64,000 bases of DNA from Heterodontus francisci (lineage: Eukaryota): positions 66,334,862 to 66,398,861 of the forward strand of contig NC_090399.1 in the NCBI RefSeq assembly GCF_036365525.1, written 5' to 3'. How positions within the stretch are numbered: the first letter of the stretch is position 1; each line of letters opens with the position of its first letter. Shown piece by piece: positions 60,701 to 64,000 of this stretch. The notes under the pieces are model-generated. The model saw only the letters and a list, made by a program, of their open reading frames with translations, searched no databases and was not told where the DNA came from. The translations under genes were made by a program, and so were the position numbers.

Positions 60701-62808
60701 AGGAGTAGTGAAGTCTTGCTTCAATTGTATAGAACCTTGGTTAGACCACACCTGGAGTACTGTGTGCAGTTTTGGTCCCTTACCTTAGGAAGGATATGAT
60801 TGTCATAGAGGGAGTGCAACGAAGGTTCACCGGACTTGTTCCCGGGATGGCGGGACTGTCCTGTGAAGAGAGATTGGGGAAACTAGGCCTGTATTTTCTA
60901 GAGTTTCGAAGAATGAGAAGTGATCTCATTGAAACCTACAAAATACTTAAAGGGATAGACAGGGTAGATGCAGGCAAGATGTTTCCCCTGGCTGGGGAGT
61001 CTAGAACCAGGGGACACAATTTCAAAATAAGGGGGAAGCCACTTAGGACAGAGATGAGGAGAAATTTCTTTACTCAGAGGGTTGTGAATCTTTTGAATTC
61101 TCTACCCCAGAGGGCTGTGGAAGCTCAGTCATTGAGTTTGTCTAAAGCAGAGATTGACAGATTTCTAAATACCAATGACATAAAGGGGATATGGGGATAG
61201 TGTGGGGGTAAAAGGCATTGAAATGGATGATCAGCCATGATCATATTGAATGGCGGAGCAGGCTCGATGGGCTGAATGGCCTACTCCTGCTCTGACGTCC
61301 CTATGTTCGTCTGACAATCATTTTGCAATCCTCTCTGACTCTAGGTGAGGTGTGAGAGGACTGGAGGATTGCTAACATTGTATCCTTGTTTAAACGGGGA
61401 GAAAGAGATAGACCGAGGAATTACAGGCCACTCAGCCTAACCCTGGTGGTGGGAAAATTATTGGAAAACGTTCTGCAGGACAGGATAAATCTTCATTTAG
61501 AAAGACACAGATTAATCAAAGACAGACAGCAGGGATTTGCTGAGGAAAGGTCATGTCTGACGAACATGATTGACCTTATTGAGGAGGTAACAAGGAGGGT
61601 CTATGAGAGAAATGTATCCAATGTAGTCTATATGGATCTTAGCAAGACTTCCTGATAAGCTCCCACATGGCAGATTGGTCACAAAAATAAAAGCCCCAGG
61701 ATCTAAGACAAAATGGCAAATAGGATCCAAAATTATCTCAGAGGCAGGAAACAAAGGGTAATGATTGATGGGTGTTTTTGGGACTGGAAGCTGTTTCCAG
61801 TGGGAGTCCGCAGGGCTCTCTGCTAGTTTCCTTGCTTTTAGTGGTATATATCGATGATTTGGACTTGAATTTAAGGTGTATGATTGAGAAGTTTGCAGAT
61901 GTTACAAAAATTGACCATGTGGTTGATAATGAAGAAAACTAGATTGCAGCAAGATATCAATGGACTTGTCAGGTGGGCAGAACAGTGGCGAATGGAGTTC
62001 AAGCCAGAGAAATGAGGCAATGTATTTGAGGAAGGCTAACAAGGCAAGGGTATACCCAATAAATAACAGGATGTTGAGAGGTGTAGAGGGACAGAGGGAC
62101 CTTGGAGTGCATGTACACAGACTCCTGCAGGTACCTGGACAGGTAGATAAGGTGGTCGAGAAGACATACAGGATACTTACCTTTATTAGCTGAGGCATAG
62201 ATTCTAAGATCTGGGAGGTTGTGCTGGAACTGTATTAAACACTGGTTAGGCCACAACTGGAGTACTGTGTACAGTTCTGGTCACTGCACTATAGGAAAGA
62301 TGTGATTGCACTGGAGAGGGTGCAGAGAAGATTTACCAGGATGTTGCCTGAACTGGAGAATTTTAGTTATGAAGAAAGAATGGATAGGCGAGGGTTGTTT
62401 TCTTTGGAACAGAGGAGGCTGAGGGGAGACCTAATTGAAGTGTATAAAATTAGGAGGGGTCTGGATAGAGTGGATAGGAAGGACCTATTCCATTTGGTTG
62501 AGGGATCCATAGCAGGAGGCACAGATTGAGGATGAGAGGTAGGAGGTTTAGAGGGGATTTGAGGGGAAATCCTTTCACCCAGAGGATGGTTGGGATCTGG
62601 AACTCACTGCCTGGAAGGATGGGAGAGGCAGAAACCCTCATAACATTTAAAAAGTACTTGGATATGCAATACAAGTGGCATAACCTACAAAACTACAGAC
62701 CAAGAGCTGGAAAGTGGGATTACACTGGGTGGCTCCTTGTCAGCCAGCACGTTCACGATGGGCCAAATGGTCTCCTTTCATGCTGTAAATATCTATGATT
62801 CTATGATG
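57770..62808 (+). mobile_element. Near full-length decayed CR1 LINE (ORF1 zinc finger + esterase, ORF2 endonuclease-RT, 3' tail)
   Basis: ORF1 MAGHLSPVDCTSCDMWE...CCLPGAK...VHISTNDIG. ORF2 YFNVRSLGNK..DIIVVTETWL, GDFN, KSPGPDEMYPRLL, NYRPLSLT. Tail ctatgattctatg. Many stops and frameshifts. Confidence 0.92.
60263..61309 (+). mobile_element. Younger 5'-truncated CR1 nested in the older CR1
   Basis: The host reads EIAEA | LTIILQSS across the insert. The insert runs from SGVPQGSV to its own 3' tail. Confidence 0.88.
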
Positions 62809-62811
62809 TAA

Positions 62812-63100
62812 TTTACTCAGCCACTCAACAAAGGACAACTCTCTGATCCCAGGAACCAATCTAATGAGCCTTCATTGTACCACCTCCAAGGCAAGTCTAT
62901 CCTTCCTTAAATATGGAGACCAAAACTGTGCACAGTATTCCAGGAGTGGTCTCACCAAATCCCTGTACAATTGTAGGAAGACCTCTTTATTCCTGTACTC
63001 CATTCCACTTGCAATAGAGATCAACATCCCATTTCCCTTCCTCATTGCTTGCTGTGCCGGCATGCTAACTTTCTGTGTTCCTTGTACAAGGAGACCCAAC
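62812..63100 (-). mobile_element. CR1 RT fragment
   Basis: LQLYRDLVRPLLEYCAQFWSPYLRKD. Confidence 0.88.
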
Positions 63101-63111
63101 CTGTCGAAACC

Positions 63112-64000
63112 CTGCTGGGAGGGGGTTAAAGTGCAGCAGTTCAGGGGGCAGTGAGGCTGGGGGGAGGGGGGTTAAAGTGCAGCAGGTCAGGGAGCAGTGA
63201 GGCTGGGAGGGGGTTAAAGTGCAGAATGTCAGGGGGCAGTGAGGCTGGGAGGGGGTTAAAGTGCAGCAGGTCAGGAGGCAGTGAGGCTAGGAGGGGGTTA
63301 AAGTGCAGAATGTCAGGGGGAGTGAGGCTGGGAGGGAGTTAAAGTGCAGCAGGTCAGAGGGAGTGAGACTGGGAGGGAGTTAAAGTGCAGCTGGTCAGAG
63401 GGCAGTGAGGCGGGGAGGGGGTTAAAGTGCAGCAGGTCAGAGGGAGTGAGGCTGGGAGGGAGTTAAAGTGCAGCAGGTCAGAGGGAGTGAGGCTGGGAGG
63501 GAGTTAAAGTGCAGCAGGTCAGGGGGCAATGAGGCTGGGAGGGGGTTAAAGTGCAGCAGGTCAGGGGGCAGTGAGGATGGGAGGGTGTTTAAGTGCAGCA
63601 GGTCGGGGGTCAGTGGAGCTGGGAGGGGGTTAAAGTGCAACAGGTCGGGGGTCAGTGGAGCTGGGAGGGAGTTAAAGTGCAGCAGGTCAGGGGGCAGTGA
63701 GGCTGGAGGGGTGTTAAAGTGCAGCATGTCGGGGGTCAGTGGAGCTGAGAGGGGGGTTAAAGTGCAGCAGGTCAAGGGGCAATGAGGCTGGGAGGGGGTT
63801 AAAGTGCAGCAGGTCGGGGGTCAGTGGAGCTGGGAGGGAGTTAAAGTGCAGCAGGTCAGCGGGCAGTGGAGCTGCGAGAGGGTTAAAGTGCAGCAGGTCA
63901 GGGGTCAGTGGAGCTGGGAGGGGGTTAAAGTGCAGGGGCTCAGTGGAGCCGGGAGGGGGTTAAAATGCAGCAGGTCAGGGGGTCAGTGGAGCTGGGAGGG
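63112..64000. repeat. 42-bp G-rich minisatellite (gggagggggttaaagtgcagcaggtcagggggcagtgaggct), runs off the window end
   Basis: 42-nt periodicity. Confidence 0.95.

Overview
Eukaryotic genomic DNA, most likely from a cartilaginous fish (shark), judged from the MHC protein, the HE1-type SINEs and the CR1 families. The only host gene is the 5' half of a classical-type MHC class I heavy-chain gene (UAA-like) on the minus strand: leader exon 21862-21910, alpha1 exon 11649-11909 and alpha2 exon 11259-11531. The alpha3, TM and cytoplasmic exons must lie to the left of the window. About 60% of the window is minisatellite (30, 137, 36-40, 40, 51, 64/65, 26, 27, 51, 91 and 42 bp units). Most of the rest is CR1, L2 and Tx1 LINE debris, V-SINEs, a decayed Gypsy element, a solo LTR and a 5S rRNA copy fused to a SINE. 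The long ORFs in the track are repeat artefacts. Three observations stand out. (1) A 14-copy 137-bp array abuts the alpha1 exon; each unit is a copy of the exon's splice acceptor plus a divergent MHC alpha1-helix fragment (DPEYWERQTQIHR/WVQGG). An in-frame stop follows each decoy acceptor, and three independent substitutions hit the acceptor G. (2) The proximal promoter has two tandem X-Y modules and an ISRE. (3) A compact AP-1/NF-kB/Y/X/GAS cluster lies about 17.6 kb upstream and looks like a distal MHC enhancer. All alignments and counts were done by eye.
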